Positions 1 to 9,197 are shown, counted from the stretch's first letter. The stretch: DNA of 64,000 nt from an uncultured Clostridia bacterium (GCA_934149275.1 CAKPEG010000001.1:82109-146108); one strand, 5' to 3'. A program made the numbers and translations. The notes: generated by a model from the letters alone, not told the origin.

Positions 1-2106
1 CTTAACTTCCTCATTTTGATCATATCCATACCAGCAAGCAGCAGCATAATAAGGAGTAAATCCACAAAGCCATCTATCAAAGTCATCATCAGTTGTACCA
101 GTTTTAGCACATACATCCATTCCAGGTATCTTACAATAAGTAGCTGTACCACCTCTACCATGTGTAGCAGGTGTTCCAACACCCACAACTGGTTCAGTTA
201 TAATACTCTTAATTATATAAGACTCTGATTTTCCGAATACTTCTGTTTTTGTTTGATGTGGTTCAATAACAACATTTCCATCTAAATCAACAACTTTACT
301 ATAGAAGGTTGGTTGAATATATGTTCCATCATTTGCAATTGTTGCATATGCAGCAGCCATTTGTAATGGAGTAAATTCAGCAGAACCAAGAGCTAAAGAT
401 AATCCAGGAGATTGTACAGTCATATTCATTTTATTTAAATATTCAATTGATTTTGAAACACCAATTTGATTTAAAATTCTAACTGGTATAACATTACCAG
501 ATATTTTTATTGCTTCTCTTACAGTTTGCTTTCCATAGAAAGAACCATAATAATTTTTAGGCCATGGCTTTCCATCGACACTAAACTCACTTGTTTGCTT
601 ATCATCATATACAGATGCTGGGGAAATAATTCCCTCTTGAACAGCTGGTCCAATTACTGCAATAGGTTTCATTGCAGAACCAATTTGTCTCTTAGTTTGA
701 GTAGCTCTATTTAAATCACCATTTGTTGTTTTGGCTCCAAGTTTACCAACACAACCTACAACCTTACCCGTAGAAGGCTCTATAACAACCATAGCAGCTT
801 GTGATTGATCATTTTTTAAAGTAACATTATCTGCTAATTTTACTTTACCTGGCATAATATATTTATCTTTTGACATTTCTTCTTGCATAGTATTTTGAAT
901 ACTTGTTACCTGAGTTGTATAAATTTTATATCCACTACCATATAGCTTAGACTCAGCCATATCACGTGTCATGCCTTTTTCAGCCATCATTTGTTCAACG
1001 ATTTCATTAAGTGCAGCTTCTGTATGCGCAGTTAAAATAACATTTGAAGTTAAAGCTCCTTGAGAGAATGGTAAACCATTATCTACTTCTGCATTAGCTG
1101 TATCAAACTCTTCTTGACTTATATATCCAAGTTCTAACATTTTATTTAAAACAACTTTGGTTCTCTTTTTTCCATTTTCAATATGAGCTGCTTTCTCTTC
1201 TTCATTTCCTATGTATGGGTTATATGAATTTGGTGTATGGTTAATACCCGCCATAAAAGCAGCTTCAGCAATCGTTAATTGTGACACATCCTTATTGAAA
1301 TAATATTCAGCACCTAACTCAACACCATTAATATTATTTCCACCAACGAAAATAATGTTTAAATATAATTCCAATATATCATCTTTAGAAATTTCTTTCT
1401 CGACTTGTATAGCTCTAGCCATTTCTTTTACTTTTCTTAATGCAGAATCTTCATCATCATCAGTAATATTCTTAACTAGCTGTTGAGTTATTGTACTACC
1501 ACCAAATGAAGATTTTCCACCATGTAGAACATATGTAACAGTAGCAGCACCAGTTCTCTTAATATCAACACCACTATGTTCATAAAATCTCTCATCTTCA
1601 ATTGCTACATAAGCCTTTGGTAAATATTCTGGCATTTGCTCCAAGCTAACTAATTTCCTTTTTTCATTACCATTCAATGAGCAAATTAAATTTCCATCAG
1701 CATCATAAACTTCTGAATTAACAAATTGAATTGTTAAATCACTTTTAGTCATCTTAAAATCAGATCCAAAGAATCCAAAGAAAATTCCTGCAAGAATTCC
1801 CGCAACAATTAAACCTGCTAAAATTCCAAGAATAAGAATTGCAAGAAAAATTTTTTTAATAATTGACCAAGCTAATTTCTTTTTCTTATTTTTCTTCTTA
1901 TTTTTTGTATTCTTTTTAGTACCATTTTTAACTTTAGTTGAAGCATTTTTTAATTCATCTTCATCAAAATTATATTTTTTAGTCTCATCTGAAATAGTAT
2001 TAATCTTTCTTGTTTCCGAACTAGTTCTATTTCTAGGAACAGGTCTTTTAGAATTAAATCCTCTTTTTCCACCATTTGATGAAGTTCTACCACTTCTTTT
2101 ATCCAT
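1..2106 (-). CDS. Class A penicillin-binding protein (PBP1A-type bifunctional transglycosylase/transpeptidase); 3' end (C-terminus) truncated by window start
   Basis: The ORF is open from position 1 to an ATG at 2104-2106 (702 complete codons) and is absent from the ORF track because no stop falls inside the window. The AGGAGGA RBS sits 7 nt upstream. The translation starts MDKRSGRTSSNGGKRGFNSKRPV, followed by an N-terminal TM segment. The GT51 transglycosylase motifs (EDERFYEHSGVD, GGSTITQQLVKN, RKVKEM) are present, and the transpeptidase carries SxxK (GSAMKP), SxN and KTGTTDD motifs. Confidence 0.8.
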   Translation of the reverse strand, partial: MDKRSGRTSSNGGKRGFNSKRPVPRNRTSSETRKINTISDETKKYNFDEDELKNASTKVKNGTKKNTKNKKKNKKKKLAWSIIKKIFLAILILGILAGLIVAGILAGIFFGFFGSDFKMTKSDLTIQFVNSEVYDADGNLICSLNGNEKRKLVSLEQMPEYLPKAYVAIEDERFYEHSGVDIKRTGAATVTYVLHGGKSSFGGSTITQQLVKNITDDDEDSALRKVKEMARAIQVEKEISKDDILELYLNIIFVGGNNINGVELGAEYYFNKDVSQLTIAEAAFMAGINHTPNSYNPYIGNEEEKAAHIENGKKRTKVVLNKMLELGYISQEEFDTANAEVDNGLPFSQGALTSNVILTAHTEAALNEIVEQMMAEKGMTRDMAESKLYGSGYKIYTTQVTSIQNTMQEEMSKDKYIMPGKVKLADNVTLKNDQSQAAMVVIEPSTGKVVGCVGKLGAKTTNGDLNRATQTKRQIGSAMKPIAVIGPAVQEGIISPASVYDDKQTSEFSVDGKPWPKNYYGSFYGKQTVREAIKISGNVIPVRILNQIGVSKSIEYLNKMNMTVQSPGLSLALGSAEFTPLQMAAAYATIANDGTYIQPTFYSKVVDLDGNVVIEPHQTKTEVFGKSESYIIKSIITEPVVGVGTPATHGRGGTATYCKIPGMDVCAKTGTTDDDFDRWLCGFTPYYAAACWYGYDQNEEVK

Positions 2107-2243
2107 AAAATCCTCCTCTACTGAAATATTAAATTCCAGTATGCAAATACACCTTTCGCCTATTTGCATGTACGTCTTTTTTTACTTTTTAAATATCCAT
2201 TGGTATTATATTATAATTTTTAATAAATATAAAGTTTTTTTTA

Positions 2244-4184
2244 CTATTTTTCATCATTTTCAATAGCAAAATCAATCTCTCTTGCCTCTTTACTAGCCTT
2301 AATAACTTTTATTTTTACTTTATCTCCGATTTTATATATCTTATTTGACTTTTCACCAATTAATGTCCTATTTGACTCATTATAAATAAAATATTCGTCT
2401 CCTAAATCTTCAAACCTAATCAAACCTTCAACAGTACTTTCAAGTTCAACAAAAATTCCGAAATTAGTTACAGATGAAATAATTCCATTATAAACATTTC
2501 CAATTTTATCTTCCATAAACTCAGCTTTCTTCATACTTTCGGCTTCTCTTTCAACCTTTTGTGCTACTTTTTCTCTTTCAGAAGAATTTTTAGCATATTT
2601 TGGAGCTTTTTCTGCAAATCTTTCTTTTTGTTTATCTGAACTTGTAAAATATTCAGAAATAACTCTATGAATAAATAAATCTGGATATCTTCTAATAGGT
2701 GAAGTAAAATGACAATAATACTTACTAGCAATACCAAAATGTCCAAGATTTTCACTTTCATATTTAGCCACTTTAAGCGTTCTTAAAATCAAATTAGAAA
2801 CAACCTTCTCCTCAGGCTTTCCTTTTACTTCTTCTAACACCTTAGAAAAAGCAGAAGGATGTACAACATCTTGGCTAATATGAATTTTATATCCTAAGTT
2901 AAATAAAAATTTATTCAACTCCTTAACCTTATCAATATCAGGTTCTTCGTGAACTCTATAAATAAAAGGCACTTCAAGCCAATAGAATCTTTCCGCAACA
3001 GTTTCATTGGCAGTAAGCATAAATTGCTCAATTATTTCATTTGCAAAACTTGTCTCATATTTCTTAACATCAATACATTTTCCAGTAATATTATCTAAAA
3101 CAATTTTACTCTCCGGAACATCTAAATTCAGATAACCATGTTTCATTCTTTTTGCTTTTAAAATTTTAGCTAGTTCTTCCATTAATTTAAAATAATCTAC
3201 ATACTTGCTATATTTCTTAACAATTTTCTCATCTGAATTATCTAAAATCTTTTGAACATCAGTATATGACATTCTCTCAGTAACCCTAATAATTCCTTTA
3301 TATATATCAGATGCAACAACATTACCATCTTTATCAATTTCCATTTGAACAGATAATGTATATCTATCTTGACCTGCATTCAAACTACAAAGCCCATTTG
3401 AAAGCTCTCTAGGAAGCATTGGAATAACACGATCCAACATATAAATACTTGTTCCTCTAATTCTAGCTTCTCTATCCAATTTAGATCTGTCTTTAACATA
3501 ATGGCTAACATCAGCAATATGAACATCTAATATATAATGCTCTCCATCTTTTGTTTTTTCAATCATTATAGCATCGTCCAAATCTTTTGCTTCTTCACCA
3601 TCAATTGTAAACACAATTCTATCACGCAAATCTACTCTATTTTGAGCATCTTTCATATCAATTTTATCACCAAAAGATTTTGCCTCTTCAACAACATCTT
3701 CTGGAAATCTTGCAGGCAATTTATATTCCTTAATAAGACTAAGCATATCAACACCAGATTGATTAATATTTCCAATAACCTCAATTATCTCTCCCTCAGC
3801 CTTACGACCTTTTTCCGGATATTTTGTTATTTTTACAACAACTTTATGGTTATTTCTTGCTTTTCCAAAATGTTTCTTAGAAATAAAAATATCTGTACCA
3901 AATCTTTTATCATCAGGAACAACAAATCCAAAATTCCTACAATTTTGAAAAGTTCCAACCAAAGTAGCTTTTCCTCTTCTAATAATCTTTTTAATCTTTC
4001 CTTCTTTACTTTTCCCTGACTCATCTACGATTTCAACTTCAACAACATCTTCATTCAAAGCTCCGTTAACGCTTTTAGCCGGAATAAAAATATCTTTTTC
4101 ACCTTCATTGTTTTCTGGCGTAACAAAACCGAATCCACGTTCATGTGCTGTAAATACACCAATTATTAATTCTTTTTCTTCCAT
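2244..4184 (-). CDS. rnr: Ribonuclease R (RNB-family 3'-5' exoribonuclease with N-terminal cold-shock domains and C-terminal S1 domain)
   Basis: 646 aa. N-terminal CSD-like GFGFV repeats (HERGFGFVTPEN, NFGFVVPDD), then the RNB catalytic region (DGEEAKDLDDAI), then a C-terminal S1 domain (GIISSVTNFGIFVEL). GGAGAG RBS. Gene order rnr-secG is typical of Firmicutes. Confidence 0.85.
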   Translation of the reverse strand: MEEKELIIGVFTAHERGFGFVTPENNEGEKDIFIPAKSVNGALNEDVVEVEIVDESGKSKEGKIKKIIRRGKATLVGTFQNCRNFGFVVPDDKRFGTDIFISKKHFGKARNNHKVVVKITKYPEKGRKAEGEIIEVIGNINQSGVDMLSLIKEYKLPARFPEDVVEEAKSFGDKIDMKDAQNRVDLRDRIVFTIDGEEAKDLDDAIMIEKTKDGEHYILDVHIADVSHYVKDRSKLDREARIRGTSIYMLDRVIPMLPRELSNGLCSLNAGQDRYTLSVQMEIDKDGNVVASDIYKGIIRVTERMSYTDVQKILDNSDEKIVKKYSKYVDYFKLMEELAKILKAKRMKHGYLNLDVPESKIVLDNITGKCIDVKKYETSFANEIIEQFMLTANETVAERFYWLEVPFIYRVHEEPDIDKVKELNKFLFNLGYKIHISQDVVHPSAFSKVLEEVKGKPEEKVVSNLILRTLKVAKYESENLGHFGIASKYYCHFTSPIRRYPDLFIHRVISEYFTSSDKQKERFAEKAPKYAKNSSEREKVAQKVEREAESMKKAEFMEDKIGNVYNGIISSVTNFGIFVELESTVEGLIRFEDLGDEYFIYNESNRTLIGEKSNKIYKIGDKVKIKVIKASKEAREIDFAIENDEK

Positions 4185-4415
4185 TTTCTCTCCATTTTTT
4201 ATTATATTTTAAAAATTTATTACAGGAATAAAACAGACCTTTCAGTTGTTTTTACTTATTCTAACATTTCTTGAGTTCATATCTTTCTTCATAAGCAAAA
4301 TCCATTTTACAAACATCTATGCAAAATATTAACATTACAAAAAAATTAGAAAACCTTCCTATAATTAAAGAAGCGATGAAAATAAATTCACCGCCCCAAA
4401 AAACTTATTTATACT

Positions 4416-4670
4416 CTACGCAATTTTCATATTTAAAATAGTAAGAACTATAGTTAAAATTACAAATATTGTAGAAAATAAAATTGTATAATTTTTAAGT
4501 TTACCTTCACGAGTTCTTCCTTTATTTTTCTCATAGAAATTATTTCCTGAAGATCCCATTATACTTTCTGAAGCTCCACCCTTATCACTTTTTTGTAAAA
4601 GTACTAATACTATTATAAATATACAACATAGTACATATAATACTGATAATACATTAACCAATACACTCAT
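4416..4670 (-). CDS. secG: Preprotein translocase subunit SecG
   Basis: Small protein with two TM helices flanking a Gly-rich loop (LLQKSDKGGASESIMGSSGNNF). The likely start is the ATG at 4668-4670, preceded by GGAGGA (8-nt spacing); the ORF-track start at 4685 is an upstream TTG. Confidence 0.7.
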   Translation of the reverse strand: MSVLVNVLSVLYVLCCIFIIVLVLLQKSDKGGASESIMGSSGNNFYEKNKGRTREGKLKNYTILFSTIFVILTIVLTILNMKIA

Positions 4671-4751
4671 TACTATTTCCTCCAACTTTCTTGCTTAATA
4701 ATCAAATTTTAACATAACTCTAATAAAGTTACAAATATATTTATACACTTT

Positions 4752-7520
4752 TTATTCCAAATTGTCAACACATCTCTTGCATAGTGTTGGATGATCATGA
4801 TTTTTTCCTACAGTTTCAGAATACATCCAGCATCTCTCACATTTTTCTCCATCTGCAACTTCAACCTTTATTCCAATTTCGCCATCTTCTTCTCTTTTAT
4901 TATTATCAATTTCAACTTTTGAAACAATAAATACAGAAGTCAAAAGATCAACATCTTTTAATAATTGATCATATTTATCTTCAGTTGCATATAAAGTAAC
5001 TTTAGCATTTAAAGAATGTCCTATAACTTTTTCCATTCTTGCTTCTTCTAATTTCTTAGAAACTTCTTCTTTTAAAGCTATTATTTTATTCCATCTAGCC
5101 TCTAATTCAGGATTTTCATATTTAGGATTATACTCAGGATAATTTGTAAGCATTACACTTTCAACTTTTTCTCCATCTCTATGAGGCATTGCTTGCCAAA
5201 TTTCTTCAGCAGTATAGCATGTCATTGGAGCTAAAATCTTAACTAAAGCATCCAAAATCTCATACATTGCAGTTTGAGCAGATCTTCTTTCCAAAGAATC
5301 AGCTTTTGATGTATACAATCTATCTTTTATAATATCTAAATAGAAAGTACTCATATCATTAACACAGAATTGATTTATTGCTTGATAAGCATTATGGAAT
5401 TCATATTCATCATAAGCTTTTGTACAATCTTTTATTAATTTGTTAAGTCTTGTTAAAGCCCATTTATCAATTTCTAATAAATCTTCATATGCAACAGGTA
5501 AATTAACTTCAAAGTCATAAGTATTTCCAAGAATGTATCTTGCTGTGTTACGTATTTTTCTATAAACTTCTGTAACTTGCTTAATAATTGCTTTTGAAAC
5601 ACTAACATCTGATTTATAATCAGAAGCTAAAACCCAAAGTCTTAAAACATCAGCACCAGATTCTTTTATAATTTCTTGAGGTGCTATAACATTTCCAAGA
5701 GATTTAGACATTTTTCTTCCTTGATCATCAATTGTATAACCATGAGTAACAACCTCTTTGTAAGGAGCTTTTCCTTTTGTAGCAACAGATGTAAGCATTG
5801 AAGATTGGAACCAACCTCTATATTGATCACTACCCTCTAAATATAAATCAGCTGGTGGTAATCCTCTTTCAGCTAAAACTGATTCATGAGTTGAACCTGA
5901 ATCAAACCATACATCCATAATATCTGTTTCTTTCTTAAATTCTGTACATCCACAAGAACATTTTGCACCCTCTGGCATTAATTCTTTTTCAGACATTTCA
6001 AACCATGCATTTGAACCTTTTTCTCTAAATATATCTTGAACTTTCTTCAAGCTATCTTCAGTAACATATTCTTTTTCACAATCTTTACAATAAAATACTG
6101 GAATTGGAACTCCCCATGTACGTTGACGAGAAATACACCAATCATTTCTCTCTTCAACCATTTTAGAAATTCTCTCTTCACCCCAAGCTGGGTACCATTT
6201 AACAGTTTTTATTGCATCTAAAGTTTCTTTTCTAAATCCATCAACAGAAGCAAACCATTGGCTTGTAGCTCTGAATATAATTGGATGTTTACATCTCCAA
6301 CAATGTGGATAAGAGTGATTTACAACTTGACTTGCAAGTAACAATCCTTTTTCATCTAAGTATTTTATAATCTCTTTATCAGATTTAGCATAATACATAC
6401 CAGCAAATGGTCCGGCCTCAGCTGTTTGATGTCCTTTACCATCAACGCAAACTATTATATCTAATCCATTTTTTAATCCACATAAATAATCTTCTTTACC
6501 ATAGCTAGGAGCTGTGTGAACTGCACCAGTACCAGTATCTAAAGAAACATCAACTGTTTCAGGACTTCCTAAAACAACTTTTGAATCTCTATCTAAGAAT
6601 GGATGTCTACACATAACACCTTCTAATTCAGCACCCTTCATTTCATTAACAACTTCATATTCTTCAATTCCAGCAATTTTCATAACTGTTTCAACTAAAG
6701 CAGAAGCCATTATTAAAACTTCTTCACCAATTTTAACAAAGCTATAATCAAAATCTCCCCCTATTGTAATACCTGTATTACCTGGTAAAGTCCAAGGTGT
6801 TGTTGTCCAAATAACAACAAAAGTATTTTTCTCATCAAATTTTCCATTAGCATCTTTAACTGGGAATTTAACATAAGCAGTATTTGAATTTACATTTTTA
6901 TATTCTATTTCTGCTTCAGCTAAAGCTGTTTCGCAATCTGTACACCAATAAACTGGTTTTAAACCTTTATATATGTATCCTTTTTTATACATATCAGCAA
7001 AAACTCCAATTTGTTTTGCTTCCATTTGAGGTTGATATGTAATATAAGGATGATCCCAATCAGCTAAAACTCCAAGTCTTTTAAAACCTTCTGTTTGTTT
7101 ATCTTTGTAATCCATTGTGAATTTTTTACAAGTATCTCTAAACTTATTTACAGGAATTTCATCTCTATTTAATCCTAATAATTGAATAGCTTTTTTCTCT
7201 GTAGGCATTCCATGTGTATCATATCCAGGAATGAAAGGTGTCCAATATCCTTTTAAGTTCTTATATCTTACGATAGTATCTTTTAATGTCTTATTTAAAG
7301 CATGTCCAATATGAATTTCACCATTAGCATATGGAGGTCCATCATGTAATACAAAAGGTGTTTTTCCTTTATTTTTTTCTAACATTTTTTCATAAATGTG
7401 TCCTTTTTCAAAGACTTCCTCCAATATTTTTGGTTCTTTTTCTGGTAATCCAGCTCTCATTTGAAAATTTGTCTTTGGCAAATTAAGTGTTTTGCTGTAA
7501 TCCATTTTTTCTTCACTCAT
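4752..7520 (-). CDS. ileS: Isoleucine--tRNA ligase (class I, type 1 with C-terminal Zn-finger)
   Basis: 922 aa. N-terminus DYSKTLNLPKTNFQMRAGLP. HIGH motif (PYANGEIHIGHA), KMSKS motif (KMSKSLGNV) and a C-terminal CxxC...CxxC zinc-binding region (CERCWMY...CKRC). AGGAGGA RBS 7 nt upstream. Confidence 0.9.
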   Translation of the reverse strand: MSEEKMDYSKTLNLPKTNFQMRAGLPEKEPKILEEVFEKGHIYEKMLEKNKGKTPFVLHDGPPYANGEIHIGHALNKTLKDTIVRYKNLKGYWTPFIPGYDTHGMPTEKKAIQLLGLNRDEIPVNKFRDTCKKFTMDYKDKQTEGFKRLGVLADWDHPYITYQPQMEAKQIGVFADMYKKGYIYKGLKPVYWCTDCETALAEAEIEYKNVNSNTAYVKFPVKDANGKFDEKNTFVVIWTTTPWTLPGNTGITIGGDFDYSFVKIGEEVLIMASALVETVMKIAGIEEYEVVNEMKGAELEGVMCRHPFLDRDSKVVLGSPETVDVSLDTGTGAVHTAPSYGKEDYLCGLKNGLDIIVCVDGKGHQTAEAGPFAGMYYAKSDKEIIKYLDEKGLLLASQVVNHSYPHCWRCKHPIIFRATSQWFASVDGFRKETLDAIKTVKWYPAWGEERISKMVEERNDWCISRQRTWGVPIPVFYCKDCEKEYVTEDSLKKVQDIFREKGSNAWFEMSEKELMPEGAKCSCGCTEFKKETDIMDVWFDSGSTHESVLAERGLPPADLYLEGSDQYRGWFQSSMLTSVATKGKAPYKEVVTHGYTIDDQGRKMSKSLGNVIAPQEIIKESGADVLRLWVLASDYKSDVSVSKAIIKQVTEVYRKIRNTARYILGNTYDFEVNLPVAYEDLLEIDKWALTRLNKLIKDCTKAYDEYEFHNAYQAINQFCVNDMSTFYLDIIKDRLYTSKADSLERRSAQTAMYEILDALVKILAPMTCYTAEEIWQAMPHRDGEKVESVMLTNYPEYNPKYENPELEARWNKIIALKEEVSKKLEEARMEKVIGHSLNAKVTLYATEDKYDQLLKDVDLLTSVFIVSKVEIDNNKREEDGEIGIKVEVADGEKCERCWMYSETVGKNHDHPTLCKRCVDNLE

Positions 7521-7570
7521 ATCTCATTCCTCCTATTTTTATATTTACTTTTTATTAAGTACTTACTATA

Positions 7571-7691
7571 GAAAATATTATATTAATTTTTGTTCCTTGC
7601 TGAGAGATTTTACGGCCCACTAAACATAGTTTAGCCGGCCTGACAAAACCTCTCAAACTGCGCGTCACTAAAAATTAAATATAATATTTTC
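7571..7691 (-). repeat. Structured palindromic repeat element, family 1 copy A (about 121 nt, minus-strand sense), inside the ileS 5' untranslated region
   Basis: Terminal inverted repeats gaaaatattatattaatttttg (7571-7592) and aaaaattaaatataatattttc (7670-7691) form about 21 bp with one bulge. The internal conserved blocks gtgacgcgcag / ttgagag / aaaatctct / cagcaaggaac are shared with copy B at 13792-13913. An inner hairpin ctaaac-tat-gtttag covaries with ttaaac-aaa-gtttaa in copy B. Confidence 0.5.
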
Positions 7692-7705
7692 TTATTGCAA
7701 GAATT

Positions 7706-7921
7706 TAAAAGATTCTATGCATTGTTATTCTTATATAATAAAAAGCTTGAATAGCTTTCCCATTAATAGAACAAAAGCGGACATTAATAACATTTGCACC
7801 GATTATAACACTTTTAAGTCCGCATCTTTGTTCGCGCACAGAAATTTGCTTTGCAAATTTCTGTGCATTGTTATTTTATATAATAGGAAGTTTGGAGAAC
7901 TTTCCTATTATATAAAAAAAG
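7706..7921 (+). repeat. Family 2 intergenic repeat: partial 3' fragment (7706-7768) followed by a full about 153-nt copy (7769-7921)
   Basis: The full copy is gaacaaaagcggac...aagtccgc (an arm-pairing hairpin), then the perfect hairpin gcacagaaatttgc-ttt-gcaaatttctgtgc followed by attgttatttt, then the hairpin ataggaagtt-tggag-aactttcctat, ending tatataaaaaaa. It is about 93% identical to the copy at 39145-39295. The upstream fragment shares the ...gcattgttatt...tatataat...hairpin layout. Confidence 0.5.
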
Positions 7922-8135
7922 AGTGACTCATCCATAGGACGAATCACTCCGCGTTACCACCTAAATTAATTTTAAACTTAATTAAAATTCTCTTGAAAAT
8001 CTTTAACGCAATCACGCGACATACCCTACTTAAATTCGGATATGTAACTCCAAGGTGATAATAAATAAATATCCTTACTAGTATCGCACCAACCACTAGC
8101 TCTCTTAAAGTATTTTCTATTTATCGTGTCCTTTT
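7912..8135 (-). promoter_or_regulatory. T-box riboswitch leader (Ile-responsive) for ileS, ending in an intrinsic terminator
   Basis: On the minus strand the sequence aatttaggtggtaacgcggag (complement of about 7941-7961) matches the T-box core AAUUAGGGUGGUACCGCGG with two mismatches. It overlaps the 5' half of the terminator hairpin gagtgattcgtcctatggatgagtcactc (7921-7949), which is followed by TTTTTTT (7913-7920). Upstream lie a stem I-like AGAGAG...ctagtgg...actag element and an AUC-containing loop. Confidence 0.6.
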
Positions 8136-8285
8136 CAATGTTTTTGTTTTTTAATGGAATTATTTTATCACCTTTATTTTCATTTTTCAATAGGTTAACT
8201 AATAATTTTGAAAAAATTTGGAATATATGTTATAATAAGTTTATTGAACCACAAAGTTCAAGATTTTACTTAGGAGGTGCTGTAT

Positions 8286-8567
8286 ATGGTACAACAGCGG
8301 AAATACGTTATAAGAGGTCTTGTAAAGGTTGAAAACATCCCAGCAATTTGCGAATATGTATCGCTCAATTTTGTCGACTTTCATCTTTGCTTAACCAAAA
8401 AAGACAAAAAAGAAGACAAACAAATTAAAGGAGGATGGCTTAAATATCATTCTCAGCGATACATGAAGTATCGAGAATTCGAGATGTCTGGCACTGACTT
8501 AGAACACATGAAAACCCTTCATGAACAGGTAAAGCCTTATATCACTAAAGACTACACTCGGTTCTAA
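8286..8567 (+). CDS. Hypothetical protein (93 aa), locally GC-elevated
   Basis: ATG at 8286 with an AGGAGG RBS at 8273-8278; the ORF-track start at 8277 is a GTG inside the RBS. Local GC is about 38% against about 28% background. It is followed by the perfect hairpin aaggaagataca-cacgt-tgtatcttcctt at 8572-8600. No recognisable family. Confidence 0.3.
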   Translation: MVQQRKYVIRGLVKVENIPAICEYVSLNFVDFHLCLTKKDKKEDKQIKGGWLKYHSQRYMKYREFEMSGTDLEHMKTLHEQVKPYITKDYTRF

Positions 8568-8588
8568 CAGCACAAAGGAAGATACACA

Positions 8589-8705
8589 CGTTGTATCTTC
8601 CTTCTCTTTGTTCGCTTACAAAATTTTCAAAGTAAATTTCTGTACACCGTTATTATATATAAATATAATAAGAAGTTCTTTGATTTCTTATATTACATGA
8701 AAAAA
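8589..8705 (+). repeat. Family 2 intergenic repeat, degenerate copy
   Basis: tctttgttcgcttacaaaattttcaaagtaaatttctgtacaccgttattatatataaatataataagaagttctttgatttcttat...gaaaaaaagg aligns with the 3' two-thirds of the 7769-7921 element. The last hairpin is preserved by compensatory change (ataagaa...ttcttat against ataggaag...cttcctat). Confidence 0.4.
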
Positions 8706-8733
8706 AGGCATATCACTATGCCTTTTTTATATG
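8699..8733. terminator. Bidirectional rho-independent terminator (downstream of hup on the minus strand)
   Basis: aaaaaaaggcatatcactatgccttttttat: a perfect 7-bp GC-containing stem ggcatat/atatgcc flanked by an A-run and a T-run. Confidence 0.7.
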
Positions 8734-8765
8734 AATTCATATAATCATTTATTTTTCAAAACTGA

Positions 8766-9044
8766 TTATTTTTTATTTACTAAATCTTTTAATGCTTTAC
8801 CAGCTTTAAATACTGGAGCTTTTGATGCAGGTATTTTAATTTCTTCTTTAGTTTGTGGGTTTCTTCCTTTTCTAGCTGCTCTTTTTCTAACTTCAAAAGA
8901 ACCGAATCCAACTAATTGAACTTTATCTCCTTTTGCTAATGCTTCCATAACTGTGTTAACGAATGCATTGATTGTTGTTTCAGCACCTTTTTTTGTGTCT
9001 CCTGTTTGTGCAGCTACTGCTGCGATTAATTCAGCTTTGTTCAT
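8766..9044 (-). CDS. hup: DNA-binding protein HU
   Basis: 92 aa [90 protein letters not shown], canonical HU/IHF fold sequence. AGGAGG RBS. Confidence 0.85.
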   Translation of the reverse strand: MNKAELIAAVAAQTGDTKKGAETTINAFVNTVMEALAKGDKVQLVGFGSFEVRKRAARKGRNPQTKEEIKIPASKAPVFKAGKALKDLVNKK

Positions 9045-9197
9045 TTCTTTACCTCCTAATAGATTTTAGTATTATTATGTAGATTCGAAATCTACAATAT
9101 GTTTATTCGCCAAACTCCACTAAAATCCTTCTACTTTTTTTAATTTTTTGTTAATTTTTCAGTATTTACACCAGTTTTTAGAAAATTTTATCAAATT

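Noticed and set aside
2107-2243. Hairpin atgcaaata-N11-tatttgcat followed by a T-run between rnr and the PBP gene, as a terminator
   Set aside because: The T-run follows the hairpin only on the plus strand, whereas both flanking genes are transcribed on the minus strand. It is not a functional intrinsic terminator for them, though it may be an antisense terminator or an RNA processing structure.
2564-4024. Small ORFs on both strands inside rnr (2564-2761, 3537-4019, 3833-4024), and 16-228 / 526-714 inside the PBP gene
   Set aside because: They overlap well-supported long genes, are AT-rich low-complexity translations and have no RBS; these are spurious.
4186-4415. tmRNA (ssrA) or smpB expected near rnr and secG
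   Set aside because: No GGGG...tRNA-like 5' end, tag reading frame or smpB ORF is visible in the flanks; the region between rnr and secG is a short AT-rich spacer.
8126-8332. 68-aa plus-strand ORF at 8126-8332
   Set aside because: It lies on the strand opposite the ileS T-box leader and promoter, has a hydrophobic low-complexity translation and no RBS. The real small ORF on this strand starts at 8286 in a different frame.
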